The notes below the pieces were generated by a model, which saw only the letters and a program-made list of their open reading frames with translations, did no database searches and had not been told where the DNA came from. DNA of 64,000 bases from Patescibacteria group bacterium (lineage in GTDB: Bacteria; Patescibacteriota; Patescibacteriia; SBBC01; CAIJZX01): the NCBI GenBank assembly GCA_038065275.1, contig JBBTRH010000002.1:34756-98755 (forward strand). The letters are read 5' to 3'. Position 1 is the stretch's first letter, and each line of letters opens with the position of its first letter. Below, piece after piece: positions 1-8,957 of this stretch. A program made the translations under genes and the position numbers.

Positions 1-753
1 TGGGAAGAGGCCGTGGCCACCGCCCTGACCCAACACATCCCGTACAATCCGGACGAAGTGTACTGGGACTGGTATGGCGTCGACCAACCGAATTCGCTCG
101 GTCAACCCCAAGTGTTGGTCGGCGCCGCGCCGCGGACCACTGTCGACGAATACCTGCACTTGTTCAGCGACGCCGGACTGCGGGTCAACTGCGCCGAAAT
201 CGAATCGGTGGCCATCGCCCGAGCCGTGCTCGGACCGCAACCGCCGGACGACGCCCGCATCATCCTCGACCTGGGCCGGACGCGATCGACGCTCATCCTG
301 GTTGACCGCGGGGTGGTCCAGTTTAGTAGCACCCTGCGCTACGCCGGCCGAGAACTTAATCGTTACATCGCCGATGAATTGCACATCTCCGTTGACCAGG
401 CGGAACGAGCCAAGTCGCTGTTCGGGCTGGACCCGCAACGCGGCCAGGGGTTATTACGCCGCGTCCTGGCGCCACATATCGACGCGATCGCCGACGGCAT
501 CGCCGACGTAGAGGAGTTCTTCCAGGAACATTTCATCGACCATCGGCCGATCACCGCCATCCAGATCAGCGGCAGTGGGGCGTTGTTGCGGGGAATCGAC
601 AGCGAGCTCCGTCAACGCCTCGACCAACAGGTAGTGCTGTCGCCATCCTGGATTTTCCAGCAGTTGTTGAAAACTGATCCCGCCCTCCCGCCGGAACTGG
701 GATATACCTACACCACCGCCTTCGGACTGGCTCTTCAACCCTGGTTCACTTAA
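1..753 (+). CDS. pilM: Type IV pilus assembly protein PilM, C-terminal part (5' end outside window)
   Basis: Reading frame open from nt 1; actin-like fold C-terminal region; directly followed by PilN/PilO-like TM+coiled-coil genes. Confidence 0.5.
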   Translation, partial: WEEAVATALTQHIPYNPDEVYWDWYGVDQPNSLGQPQVLVGAAPRTTVDEYLHLFSDAGLRVNCAEIESVAIARAVLGPQPPDDARIILDLGRTRSTLILVDRGVVQFSSTLRYAGRELNRYIADELHISVDQAERAKSLFGLDPQRGQGLLRRVLAPHIDAIADGIADVEEFFQEHFIDHRPITAIQISGSGALLRGIDSELRQRLDQQVVLSPSWIFQQLLKTDPALPPELGYTYTTAFGLALQPWFT

Positions 754-758
754 AAGCC

Positions 759-1304
759 ATGCTATCCCTCAACTTGATCCCCCCCCAGCTGAAAACGGAT
801 ATTCAGACCACTGCCATGCTCCGGCATTGGCGACGAGGCCTGGTTATGCTGGCCGTCCTGACGGTCGTCGGTACGGGCGGGGTGATCACCGCCTGGCAAC
901 TGCTCGCCGGACATGCCCGCCAGGTTCAAGGTGAGCTGACCGCCTTACAACAGCGCCAATCGACCCGCGGCGAAACCGATATCACGGCCACGACCGGCAC
1001 TCTGAATACCACCATCAAAATACTCAGTACGACGCTCGGCCGTCCGCAATCATGGTCACGCAATGCGGCGATGGTGTTAGCCGCCTTACCGTCCGGAACG
1101 ACGGTGTCCGATTTGACGATCCAAGCTGGCGGTCGTTTCCGCCTGGTCGGCGTGGCCGACAGCCGGCAAACGTTCGTCGCCCTGGAACAGACCTTGAAGA
1201 CGCATCCCCAGTTACAGCAGGTCACCACCTCATCGACCGCTTCTAAGCGGACCGCCGTACCGTTCGACTTTACCGGCCTGGTGGTCGCCGGAGGTCCCCC
1301 ATGA
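759..1304 (+). CDS. pilN: Type IV pilus assembly protein PilN-like
   Basis: Single N-terminal TM helix then periplasmic region; 5 nt after pilM stop; size and order as in pilMNO. Confidence 0.5.
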   Translation: MLSLNLIPPQLKTDIQTTAMLRHWRRGLVMLAVLTVVGTGGVITAWQLLAGHARQVQGELTALQQRQSTRGETDITATTGTLNTTIKILSTTLGRPQSWSRNAAMVLAALPSGTTVSDLTIQAGGRFRLVGVADSRQTFVALEQTLKTHPQLQQVTTSSTASKRTAVPFDFTGLVVAGGPP

Positions 1305-1822
1305 CCTCCCGTTCACGCTTGATCATCGCGGTCACGGTCTTGGCCGGCCTGGCGGTGGCCACCGTCGTGGCCGCGGGGGCTTGGTTCGTCCCGCGCCTGC
1401 ACCGACTCCGGCAAACGATTGACAACGACCGGGCTTCAACAGTCGTCATTCTCCAGCAACAGTCGAACCTGGATAAGCTTGGCCGTGATCTTGAGGCCTT
1501 GAAGAAGAAACAGGTCGAACTCGACCAGGACGTTTGGACCTTCTTGAAAGAAGATGACTTCTTCACTACGCTGGGGACGGTAGCCGGCAAGCGGCGCGTG
1601 CAAATGGATACACCGGTGATCGCCGACGCCACGCCGACCGGGACTTTGCTGACGCGGGCCGTGACGGTCAAGTTGCATGGCAATCTTGACTCGGCCCTCA
1701 ACGCCGTGGCCGATTTCCAACGCCTGACCCCGCTGATCGCCATCCAACAACTTCAGATCACGGTCAACTCCAAGCCCGGAGAATGGACCGTCAGCGTCGA
1801 GGCGCTGACGATCTGGAAATAA
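1301..1822 (+). CDS. pilO: Type IV pilus assembly protein PilO-like
   Basis: 4-nt overlap with pilN; N-terminal TM plus coiled coil (LEALKKKQVELDQD). Confidence 0.45.
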   Translation: MTSRSRLIIAVTVLAGLAVATVVAAGAWFVPRLHRLRQTIDNDRASTVVILQQQSNLDKLGRDLEALKKKQVELDQDVWTFLKEDDFFTTLGTVAGKRRVQMDTPVIADATPTGTLLTRAVTVKLHGNLDSALNAVADFQRLTPLIAIQQLQITVNSKPGEWTVSVEALTIWK

Positions 1823-1835
1823 TCTCATCCCGCCG

Positions 1836-2114
1836 ATGCCCGCCATTCATTCCATCCGACGTCTCCTGCCCGCCCTGACCAAGCGTCTTCTGCCGATCGT
1901 CCTGATCGCCGGTTTAACTTGGGATGCTTGGCTGGGCTGGCAAAGCTGGACCCAGTGGGCCGATCAACCTTTGCCCCCCGAACGGGTAACCGCTAAACAG
2001 CTACGGGTCAACGAAAGTCAGTGGCAGGCCCTAGTCAATGATTTAACTGCCTACCGCCAACCGGTCAGCGGTCCGGCCATTCCGAGCAGTACGGCGGATA
2101 GTTCAAAAAATTAG
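1836..2114 (+). CDS. hypothetical protein, possibly PilP-like pilus accessory protein
   Basis: 92-aa ORF with N-terminal hydrophobic segment, 13 nt after pilO; no motif recognised. Confidence 0.25.
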   Translation: MPAIHSIRRLLPALTKRLLPIVLIAGLTWDAWLGWQSWTQWADQPLPPERVTAKQLRVNESQWQALVNDLTAYRQPVSGPAIPSSTADSSKN

Positions 2115-2265
2115 CCTGCCAAGTGCCACTCGTCGCGGAGTTTATCCCGCCGTATGGCGGGGCTTCCTTGGATGCTTAGCGGCGCCATCTTGTTGGAGGA
2201 GCAATGTGGGTAAGGTTTCGTTTGGCGACTTAACTCTTCCGGGGACAGGTTATGACCCGCCTTGC

Positions 2266-2294
2266 TTGACCTTTTTCGGCACCTAGCCTAGTAT
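2266..2294 (+). promoter_or_regulatory. sigma70-type promoter (TTGACC-17-TAGTAT)
   Basis: Hexamers with exact 17-nt spacer about 55 nt upstream of the 2350 ATG; GAGGGA Shine-Dalgarno 8 nt before the ATG. Confidence 0.5.
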
Positions 2295-2349
2295 CGGCGT
2301 ACTACCGAAGCGGACAGGACGTTGACAACAAAATAATGAGGGACTGGAA

Positions 2350-3024
2350 ATGGCTGATGGAATGGAAGACAGGGTGCATGATTCACTCCTCGCCTTTACT
2401 GACTTCTTGTATGCGGTGGTGTTTGGCATGATCGTCGGAAAAATCTTCGAAGACGTCATCAACGCCACTGGTCACTGGGGTGATAAGTTGGGGAAAATCG
2501 CCCTAGTCGGCGGAGTTTTCTACTTCTTGGCCTGGGATTGGTTACACGGTCGGTTGTTGACCCTGAAGAACCCATACCGGGGATATTGGCGATTTTTTCT
2601 TGAAATAATCATCGCGTGTTGCGGTTATGGGGCAGCACTTGGGGCCGTAGCAGCAAGCCCCTCTCTCCTGCTCTACATTGCCGTAATTCTATTGCTCGGT
2701 GTGTGGTGGTCCACGCTGACCATACGCGAATATCCTCAAAGCATCGATCTGCGGGAACTACGGTTTGTCATAAGATACCAATTAGTTGGCTTCACTTTTC
2801 TGCTCGTCTTCTCCGCGACCTACTTAGCCCAAGTCGGGACTCGGATACATCCGTGGGTATCGATACCATACGTACTCTGGGGATTCCTTTTTGTTTTCAT
2901 CTATGAGCTTTTCATCGAGCGCCCACCGGGGATGCTTGGCGGACCCGGAGTTCCATTCGTGAATAGAGAAATCATGACAGCGGCCAGAAGAAAAATCTTC
3001 CGTCCTAAGAAAGGAGAAGAATAA
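2350..3024 (+). CDS. hypothetical polytopic membrane protein
   Basis: 224 aa with about 6 hydrophobic helices; own promoter and RBS. Confidence 0.5.
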   Translation: MADGMEDRVHDSLLAFTDFLYAVVFGMIVGKIFEDVINATGHWGDKLGKIALVGGVFYFLAWDWLHGRLLTLKNPYRGYWRFFLEIIIACCGYGAALGAVAASPSLLLYIAVILLLGVWWSTLTIREYPQSIDLRELRFVIRYQLVGFTFLLVFSATYLAQVGTRIHPWVSIPYVLWGFLFVFIYELFIERPPGMLGGPGVPFVNREIMTAARRKIFRPKKGEE

Positions 3025-3026
3025 GA

Positions 3027-3128
3027 TGGTTGTCAAGATCATTATTCTTTTCGCCCTGGCTTACATCAGCACGATTCTGGCTGGCTTTCTGGCCGATCAC
3101 TACTCACGGCGAAAACCCAAGCGCTAGT
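3027..3128 (+). CDS. small single-TM peptide (33 aa), unannotated in ORF track
   Basis: ATG 2 nt after upstream stop, AGGAG 8 nt upstream; MVVKIIILFALAYISTILAGFLADHYSRRKPKR; lies between upstream gene and a canonical terminator. Confidence 0.3.
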
Positions 3129-3150
3129 CGCTACACGCACCTTCTCACCC

Positions 3151-3183
3151 AGGGGTTGGCCGTACAACCCCTGTTTTTATTTG
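3151..3183 (+). terminator. rho-independent terminator
   Basis: AGGGGTTG-gccgta-CAACCCCT hairpin followed by GTTTTTATTT. Confidence 0.7.
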
Positions 3184-3383
3184 AGTGCGGAGATATATCA
3201 GAACAAAACGGTTGTTTGGTCTCGACGATTTTCGGTTCGCGGCTGGAAAAAATATGCACCGTTCCGAAAACACCGCCATATCCCGGAACGATGTCCAATT
3301 CCCCCTGCTGAACCCGTAACATCCCAATCTTTCTTCCGCCGCCCATGATTTGTTTCGTCGAGTCTCTCAGCAGATGACGCCTG

Positions 3384-3495
3384 GTCAACCCCGTTAGAAG
3401 CGACTAAGCCGCAGTTTGTTGATGAAATGTTGTTATGTGGCCACAAACAAAGTATATTATTTTAGTGTAGGCTTTCCGCTTCTAACGGGGTTGAC
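3384..3495. repeat. Inverted-repeat element family A (19-bp arms GTCAACCCCGTTAGAAGCG, ~75-bp loop)
   Basis: Left arm 3384-3402 and right arm 3477-3495 are exact reverse complements; same core CCCCGTTAGA(A/G)GCG also at 15550-15657 and 63028-63103. Confidence 0.6.
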
Positions 3496-3519
3496 AAGGT
3501 TGCTCCCGCCAGGTACAAT
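3491..3519 (+). promoter_or_regulatory. sigma70 promoter of rpmA (TTGACA-17-TACAAT), -35 formed by the repeat arm
   Basis: Consensus -35, 17-nt spacer, TACAAT; 40 nt upstream of rpmA ATG. Confidence 0.6.
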
Positions 3520-3559
3520 GATGTTCGGTTCGCGGGAGGCTTAATCATTTTCCCAGTTT

Positions 3560-3853
3560 ATGGCCCACACTAAATCCGGCGGTTCGACCAGTCTCGGCCG
3601 CGATTCGCAAAGTAAACGGCTCGGCGTGAAGTTGTTTGCCGGCCAACGGGCGCGGGCCGGAGCGATCCTGGTTCGCCAGCGCGGGGCGCGTTTTTTACCG
3701 GGCGATAACGTCGGCCGGGGCGGAGACGATACTCTGTTCGCAATGCGGACCGGAACCGTCAGTTTCAAGAGCACCGGAAGAATCCGCTACGACGGACGGC
3801 GCGTCATGCGGCGGTATATTCACGTCCGGCCGGCGCAGTCGGCCGGTCGTTAG
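3560..3853 (+). CDS. rpmA: 50S ribosomal protein L27
   Basis: N-terminus [10 protein letters not shown]...RLGVK matches L27 signature MAHKKGGGS..RLGVK. Confidence 0.85.
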   Translation: MAHTKSGGSTSLGRDSQSKRLGVKLFAGQRARAGAILVRQRGARFLPGDNVGRGGDDTLFAMRTGTVSFKSTGRIRYDGRRVMRRYIHVRPAQSAGR

Positions 3854-3878
3854 TCCCGGCTCACGACTGGGGATCGCC

Positions 3879-3926
3879 TCATTTTTTAGTTCCGGCCCGC
3901 AGGAGATCGACAAACAGCGGGTCTAG
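3879..3926. repeat. degenerate (~80% identical) duplicate of the pyrG 3'-proximal segment 4291-4335
   Basis: ttttttagttccggcccgcaggagatcgacaaacagcgggtctag versus gtttttagtccggcccgcaatagaccgacgaacagcggatgcggg; encodes ...PLFVDLLRAGTKK* on the minus strand versus pyrG ...PLFVGLLRAGLKTQKRST*. Confidence 0.55.
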
Positions 3927-3929
3927 GCG

Positions 3930-4199
3930 CTAGGAAACGAATATCTTTGACTCGTCGAGAATGATACCCTTGGCCTTCAGCTCGCGGATCAGGTTTTGCA
4001 TTTCCTGACGCATGGCCAGCATTTCCATAATCGCGTCAAGTTTAGCATCGACTTCGTCGAAGCGCTGGTCGGTATGTTCTCGTTCTTTACCCAGGCTTCC
4101 AGTAAAATGTCGAGCTAAGTCCGTAATCGAAGACCGGATCCGTTGCTCCGAGGCGTCGAGGTGGGTCTTAGTGATCGTTAATGATGTGCGTCGCACCAT
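3930..4199 (-). CDS. small hypothetical protein of the 'KLDAIM' family (paralog of 10355-10633)
   Basis: About 90 aa; shares ...DAKLDAIMEM... with ...INTKLDAIMSGEV... in the paralog; own TTGACA-17-TAGACT promoter at about 4205-4245. Confidence 0.5.
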   Translation of the reverse strand: MVRRTSLTITKTHLDASEQRIRSSITDLARHFTGSLGKEREHTDQRFDEVDAKLDAIMEMLAMRQEMQNLIRELKAKGIILDESKIFVS

Positions 4200-4271
4200 A
4201 ATAAAGGTATCTTTGTGGCCAGTCACCTGTTGGCCTGAGTCTAGGTTATTCTTCCTCAGTTGTCAATACGC

Positions 4272-5915
4272 TCAGGTGGATCGTTTTTGCGTTTTTAGTC
4301 CGGCCCGCAATAGACCGACGAACAGCGGATGCGGGCGAAGCGGCCGCGAGAGAAATTCAGGATGGAATTGGGTGCCGATGAACCAGGGATGATCGCGCAG
4401 TTCTAAAATTTCGACCAGCTGTCGTTTTGGTTCGAGACCGGCCACCACCATCCCCGCCCGCTCAAAGACCGACCGAAACCGGTTTTGGAATTCATAGCGG
4501 TGGCGGTGGCGTTCGTCAACCTGCCGGCGACCGTAGGCCAATGCAGTTTTCGTGTGCGACCGCAAACGGCAGGGGTACGACCCTAACCGCATCGACCCGC
4601 CGAGGTGGCGCTCTCGCACCAGCCGTTCCTGTTCGGGCATCAGGTCGATCACCGGTTTTTGCGTTTGCGGATTGACCTCGGTCGTGTTGGCGTCGCGCCA
4701 CCTAAGAACATGACGCGCGAACTCGACGGCCATCAACTGCATGCCGTAACAAAGCCCGAGGAAGGGAAGGCGGTGCGTTCGGGCGTACTTAATGACGTCG
4801 ATTTTTCCGGCCACGCCGCGCGGCCCGAATCCGCCTGGTACGATCAGCGCTTGAAAATTATCAAGTTCGCGCAATTTTTTGGGACGGCCGTCATAATCTT
4901 CGGCATTCAGCCAGGAAATCTCGACCGGCCGCCGCAATGACCAGGCGGCGTGTTTGACCGCCTCGATCACCGACAAATACGAATCGCTCAGGGTAAACGC
5001 CCCGCTGGAAAAATACTTGCCGACGATGCCAACGCGCAGTGATCTGGCTTTAGATTCAGCGCCGCGGACGAAATATTTCCAGTCGTGCAGATCGCGGCGC
5101 CGCACCGGCAGGTCAAACTTCGCTAGGATCTTTTCCGCCAAGTGTTCCCGCTCGAAGTTTAAGGGAATAGTGTAGATGTTCTTGACATCCGGAGCGGAAA
5201 TAATATCGCTCGGGTGCATGTTACAGTTGATCGACAGTTTCTCCTTGCGCGTTGTATCAAGCGATACTGCTCCGCGTCCGAGAATAAAATCGGGTTGGAT
5301 GCCGGCGGCGTTGAGCGTGCGCACGGCGTACTGCGTGGGTTTCGTCTTCATTTCCCCGAGTTGCCCGGGAATCGGCAAATAGCTTAGCAGGACGAACTGG
5401 ACCCGACCAGGCATCCGCAGGTGCATCATCCGGGCCGCTTCAAGGAATAACAGGTTCTGGTACTCACCGACCGTCCCGCCGATTTCCACCAGCTGAATGG
5501 CCGACCGATTGACCCGGGCGGCCGTGATCACCCGGCGGATGACTTCCTCGGGCACGTGCGGGACGACCTCGACGCACTTGCCGCCGTAGCCTAAGGCCCG
5601 CTCGCGCTCAATGACCGACAGGTAGACTTGGCCGGTGGTCATGTAGTCGTGACGGGTGAGCGTCACGTCCAGAAAGCGTTCATAGTTGCCGATATCCTGG
5701 TCGGTTTCCAGTCCGTCGGCGGTTACGAACACCTCGCCGTGCTCGGTCGGGTTCATGGTGCCGGCGTCAACGTTGATGTAGGGATCGATTTTCATGGCCC
5801 CCACCCGGTAGCCGCGGCTTTTGAGGAGCAGGCCCATGGACGAGACCGCGATCCCCTTCCCTAGACCCGACAGCACGCCGCCAACCACGAAGATGTAACG
5901 CGTTTTATTCGGCAT
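4272..5915 (-). CDS. pyrG: CTP synthase
   Basis: 547 aa; N-terminus MPNKTRYIFVVGGVLSGLGKGI and C-terminal glutamine amidotransferase domain. Confidence 0.95.
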   Translation of the reverse strand: MPNKTRYIFVVGGVLSGLGKGIAVSSMGLLLKSRGYRVGAMKIDPYINVDAGTMNPTEHGEVFVTADGLETDQDIGNYERFLDVTLTRHDYMTTGQVYLSVIERERALGYGGKCVEVVPHVPEEVIRRVITAARVNRSAIQLVEIGGTVGEYQNLLFLEAARMMHLRMPGRVQFVLLSYLPIPGQLGEMKTKPTQYAVRTLNAAGIQPDFILGRGAVSLDTTRKEKLSINCNMHPSDIISAPDVKNIYTIPLNFEREHLAEKILAKFDLPVRRRDLHDWKYFVRGAESKARSLRVGIVGKYFSSGAFTLSDSYLSVIEAVKHAAWSLRRPVEISWLNAEDYDGRPKKLRELDNFQALIVPGGFGPRGVAGKIDVIKYARTHRLPFLGLCYGMQLMAVEFARHVLRWRDANTTEVNPQTQKPVIDLMPEQERLVRERHLGGSMRLGSYPCRLRSHTKTALAYGRRQVDERHRHRYEFQNRFRSVFERAGMVVAGLEPKRQLVEILELRDHPWFIGTQFHPEFLSRPLRPHPLFVGLLRAGLKTQKRST

Positions 5916-6351
5916 GGTCGATGGTAACGGTCAAGGTGGCGCGGTGCTGGTCGGCGAGGATGACGGTCAGCTGATGGGTGCCGATTGTTTTTAGGTGGTC
6001 AGGTTCGCAACGCAAACCAGGCAGGTGCAGGCCGAACTGGCGAGCCAACTCTTGACGAATGGTCTCGGCCTTGACCGCGGCGAATAACGTCCCCTGGGCA
6101 CTGGCCCGGCCGTGAAGTCTGACCGTGACCCCAGTCAGCCGTTGAACAGCCGCCGTCATCTCGGCTGACTGCTGATGTTGTTGTCGTTGCTGACGGGTAG
6201 CGGCGGCGGCCTGAGCGGTGACGACCGCCCGGGTGGCCGGCACCGCCAATCGCTTCGGCAACAAAAAATTCCGGGCGTAGGCATCGCTCACCTCAACCAG
6301 GCTATTGGCCCGGCCCAGATCACGGACGTTTTTGAGGAGCTGGAGTTTCAT
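5905..6351 (-). CDS. rplI: 50S ribosomal protein L9
   Basis: MKLQLLKNVRDLGRANSLVEVSDAYARNFLLP is the L9 N-domain signature; start overlaps the ctpA stop (ATGA). Confidence 0.85.
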   Translation of the reverse strand: MKLQLLKNVRDLGRANSLVEVSDAYARNFLLPKRLAVPATRAVVTAQAAAATRQQRQQHQQSAEMTAAVQRLTGVTVRLHGRASAQGTLFAAVKAETIRQELARQFGLHLPGLRCEPDHLKTIGTHQLTVILADQHRATLTVTIDHAE

Positions 6352-7559
6352 CAGGACGAACTCAGGAGATCAAGCGCGCGATCGCGTTGCACGTCGGCGG
6401 CGGCGTCCTGGCCGGCGGCTTCTACCACCACGTCCGGAGTGATGCCGTTCTCGGCGATCGACCGGCCCTTGGGGGTCAACCACTTGGCGACGGTCAGTTT
6501 TAGGCTTGAACCGTCGCTCAGCGTCTGGTAATCCTGGACCGTGCCCTTGCCGAAGGTCAGGGTTCCGACGACCGTGCCGCGGCCGGTATCCTGCAACGCT
6601 CCGGCCACGATTTCCGAGGCGGAAGCGCTCCCGCCGTTGACCAGCACCACGACCGGCTGATCAGCCAAAAAGGCGTTGCCGACGGCGTCGAATGTTTGGC
6701 GCTGACCGTCGCGGTCCACTTCGGCCACGATCAAGCCGCGGGAAATAAAGACGCTGGCCACGTCGACCGCCTGATCAAGATAGCCGCCGGGGTTATTGCG
6801 CAGGTCAATCAATACGCCGTCGAGAGATTGGGCGGCGATGGCCTTAGTCTTGGCCCGTAGTTCGCGTCCGGTATCGCGGTTGAAGCTGGTAATGATGATG
6901 TCCGCCACCCGCCGGCCGCGATGCTCGGTCACCTTGGCGCTGACCGAATCGACGGTAATCTTGGCGCGGGTAACCGTGAATGTTTTCGGTTGCGGGTCGG
7001 CGCCGCGCTGGATGGTCAAGTTGACCGTCGTCCCTTGCTGACCGCGGATAGCGTCGATCACTTGGTCGAGATTCAGGCTACTGGCATCCTTGGTGTCGAT
7101 GGTCAGGATGGTGTCGCCGGCTTGCAAGCCGGCTTTTTCGGCCGGTGACTTTGGCAGCGGCGCGATGATCGTCACCTGTTTATTTTTGTAGCCGACTTGC
7201 ATCCCCACCCCCTCGAACGTGCCGCTGATTTCGTCTTCGAATTTCTTCGACTCGTCGGCGCTCAAGTAGGTTGAATAGGGGTCGCCCAGGCCGGATACCA
7301 GGCCGGCCACGGCCCCTTGCAACAGGTCGCGATCGTTGACGTTCCGGTTGACGTACTCGGTATGGAGCCGGTCCCAGACCTGGACCAGCTGGGAGTAGTC
7401 GACGTTTTGCGGCCACGGACGGAGCGCGGCGATGGCTTGCTGGAGCGTGGTCGGCCGGGTGGAGCGCTGGCTGGAGACGGTGACCGTCACCCCGACCGCA
7501 AAACCGACTACCAGCAAAACGGCGATACCGGCCAGACGGGTTAGGCGCGGGGACAACAT
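6351..7559 (-). CDS. ctpA: carboxyl-terminal processing protease (S41) with PDZ domain
   Basis: N-terminal TM, PDZ (GDTILTIDTKD), S41 catalytic region (NGGSASASEIVAGALQD). Confidence 0.85.
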   Translation of the reverse strand: MLSPRLTRLAGIAVLLVVGFAVGVTVTVSSQRSTRPTTLQQAIAALRPWPQNVDYSQLVQVWDRLHTEYVNRNVNDRDLLQGAVAGLVSGLGDPYSTYLSADESKKFEDEISGTFEGVGMQVGYKNKQVTIIAPLPKSPAEKAGLQAGDTILTIDTKDASSLNLDQVIDAIRGQQGTTVNLTIQRGADPQPKTFTVTRAKITVDSVSAKVTEHRGRRVADIIITSFNRDTGRELRAKTKAIAAQSLDGVLIDLRNNPGGYLDQAVDVASVFISRGLIVAEVDRDGQRQTFDAVGNAFLADQPVVVLVNGGSASASEIVAGALQDTGRGTVVGTLTFGKGTVQDYQTLSDGSSLKLTVAKWLTPKGRSIAENGITPDVVVEAAGQDAAADVQRDRALDLLSSS

Positions 7560-7562
7560 AGT

Positions 7563-8858
7563 TTACAAGCGTTTAATCGTCGCGCCCAAGGCCTGGAGCC
7601 GAACCACCAGGTCCTGATAGCCGCGGTCAAGATGTTCCACGCCGGTCAGGGTCGAGGTGCCGGTGGCGGTCAGCGCGGCCACGAGGTGGGCCATGCCCGC
7701 CCGGATATCGGGAATACTGATGTCGGCGGGGTGGAGCGGCGTTGGGCCGATGACCTGACAACTATGGACATATCCGTGCGCCCACCAGCGACAGGGCAGT
7801 TCACCCCAGCAGTCGCTGCTGGTGGTAATCTTCGCCCCCATGGCCACCAGGGTTTTGGTATAGCCGAAGCGATCTTCGTAGACCGTCTCGTGGACGGTCG
7901 AGCGGCCGTCGGCTTGGGTCATGACGGTGACCAGCGGTTGTTGCCAGTCGGTCATATACCCCGGATGGGTATCCGTTTCCACCGTTACCCCGCGCAACGG
8001 TCCGCGGCGGTAAAAACGGATGCCGGTCGGTAAGACTTCAAACTGGCCGCCCAGGCGGCGGACGGTAGTCAGGAACGTCACCAGGTCAGCCTGACGGGCC
8101 TCGGCCACGAAAATGTCGCCGCCAGTGGCCAGGGCCAGGCAGGCGAACGAGGCGGCTTCAATCCGATCGGGGATGACGCGGTAAGTCGTGCCCTGCAGCC
8201 GATCCACGCCATCAATGATCAGGGTGCGGTTCGTCCCGAACTCGATAATCGCCCCCATGGTTTGCAGCATCTGCAACAAGTCCACCACCTCCGGCTCGAC
8301 GGCGGCATTGCGGATCATCGTCCGGCCGGCGGCCAAGACGGCCGCCAGGGCGATCGTTTCCGTCGCGCCGACGCTCGGGTAGGGTAAAGTGATGGTGGCG
8401 CCATGCAGTCGCGCGGCACGGGCTTTGAAACTCGTCGGCGTCGTGGCGATCTCGGCGCCCATGGCTTTCAAGGCCGCCAGGTGATAATTAACCGGCCGCG
8501 GACCGATGGCGTCGCCGCCGACGACCGGCACCTCCGCCTGGCCGGTGCGGTTGATCAGAATGCCAAGCGTTAAAATGGGCAGGCGGTTCCGGCGGCTGAG
8601 TTGCGGGATCGTGCGGCTGGTGACGGCGGGAGTGGTGACTGTCCAGCGGTGATCGTCGCGGTCGACTCGACCGCCGATCGAAGCAATCAGTTCAGCCGCG
8701 ATATCCGTTTCGCCAAGCTGGGGAACATTGTCGATTGACGACGGTTCATCCGTCAACATCGTGGCCAACAGGATTTTCGAAGCCGCGTTTTTTGCGCCGG
8801 AGAGCGTGACCGTGCCGTGCAACGGCCGACCGCCGGTAACTGAGAATCGGGCAGACAT
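7563..8858 (-). CDS. murA: UDP-N-acetylglucosamine 1-carboxyvinyltransferase
   Basis: 431 aa, EPT fold; LSGAKNAASKILLATML motif near N-terminus. Confidence 0.9.
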   Translation of the reverse strand: MSARFSVTGGRPLHGTVTLSGAKNAASKILLATMLTDEPSSIDNVPQLGETDIAAELIASIGGRVDRDDHRWTVTTPAVTSRTIPQLSRRNRLPILTLGILINRTGQAEVPVVGGDAIGPRPVNYHLAALKAMGAEIATTPTSFKARAARLHGATITLPYPSVGATETIALAAVLAAGRTMIRNAAVEPEVVDLLQMLQTMGAIIEFGTNRTLIIDGVDRLQGTTYRVIPDRIEAASFACLALATGGDIFVAEARQADLVTFLTTVRRLGGQFEVLPTGIRFYRRGPLRGVTVETDTHPGYMTDWQQPLVTVMTQADGRSTVHETVYEDRFGYTKTLVAMGAKITTSSDCWGELPCRWWAHGYVHSCQVIGPTPLHPADISIPDIRAGMAHLVAALTATGTSTLTGVEHLDRGYQDLVVRLQALGATIKRL

Positions 8859-8957
8859 GAATGACGGGGAGAAGTGAACGTGGTAGACTTCGCGACGCGT
8901 TGGACGCGCGCGGCAAACTCATCGTACCAGCCCCGCCGTCGACCGTCAACGCAACTT

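Noticed and set aside
2146-2165. CCCGCC-gtat-GGCGGG hairpin after the pilP-like ORF as a terminator
   Set aside because: There is no following T-tract, so support is too weak to call. It may still function in a high-GC organism.
3131-3446. Minus-strand ORFs 3131-3388, 3145-3327, 3198-3446
   Set aside because: They overlap the rho-independent terminator hairpin and the IR element, have no RBS and show atypical composition. They are likely spurious.
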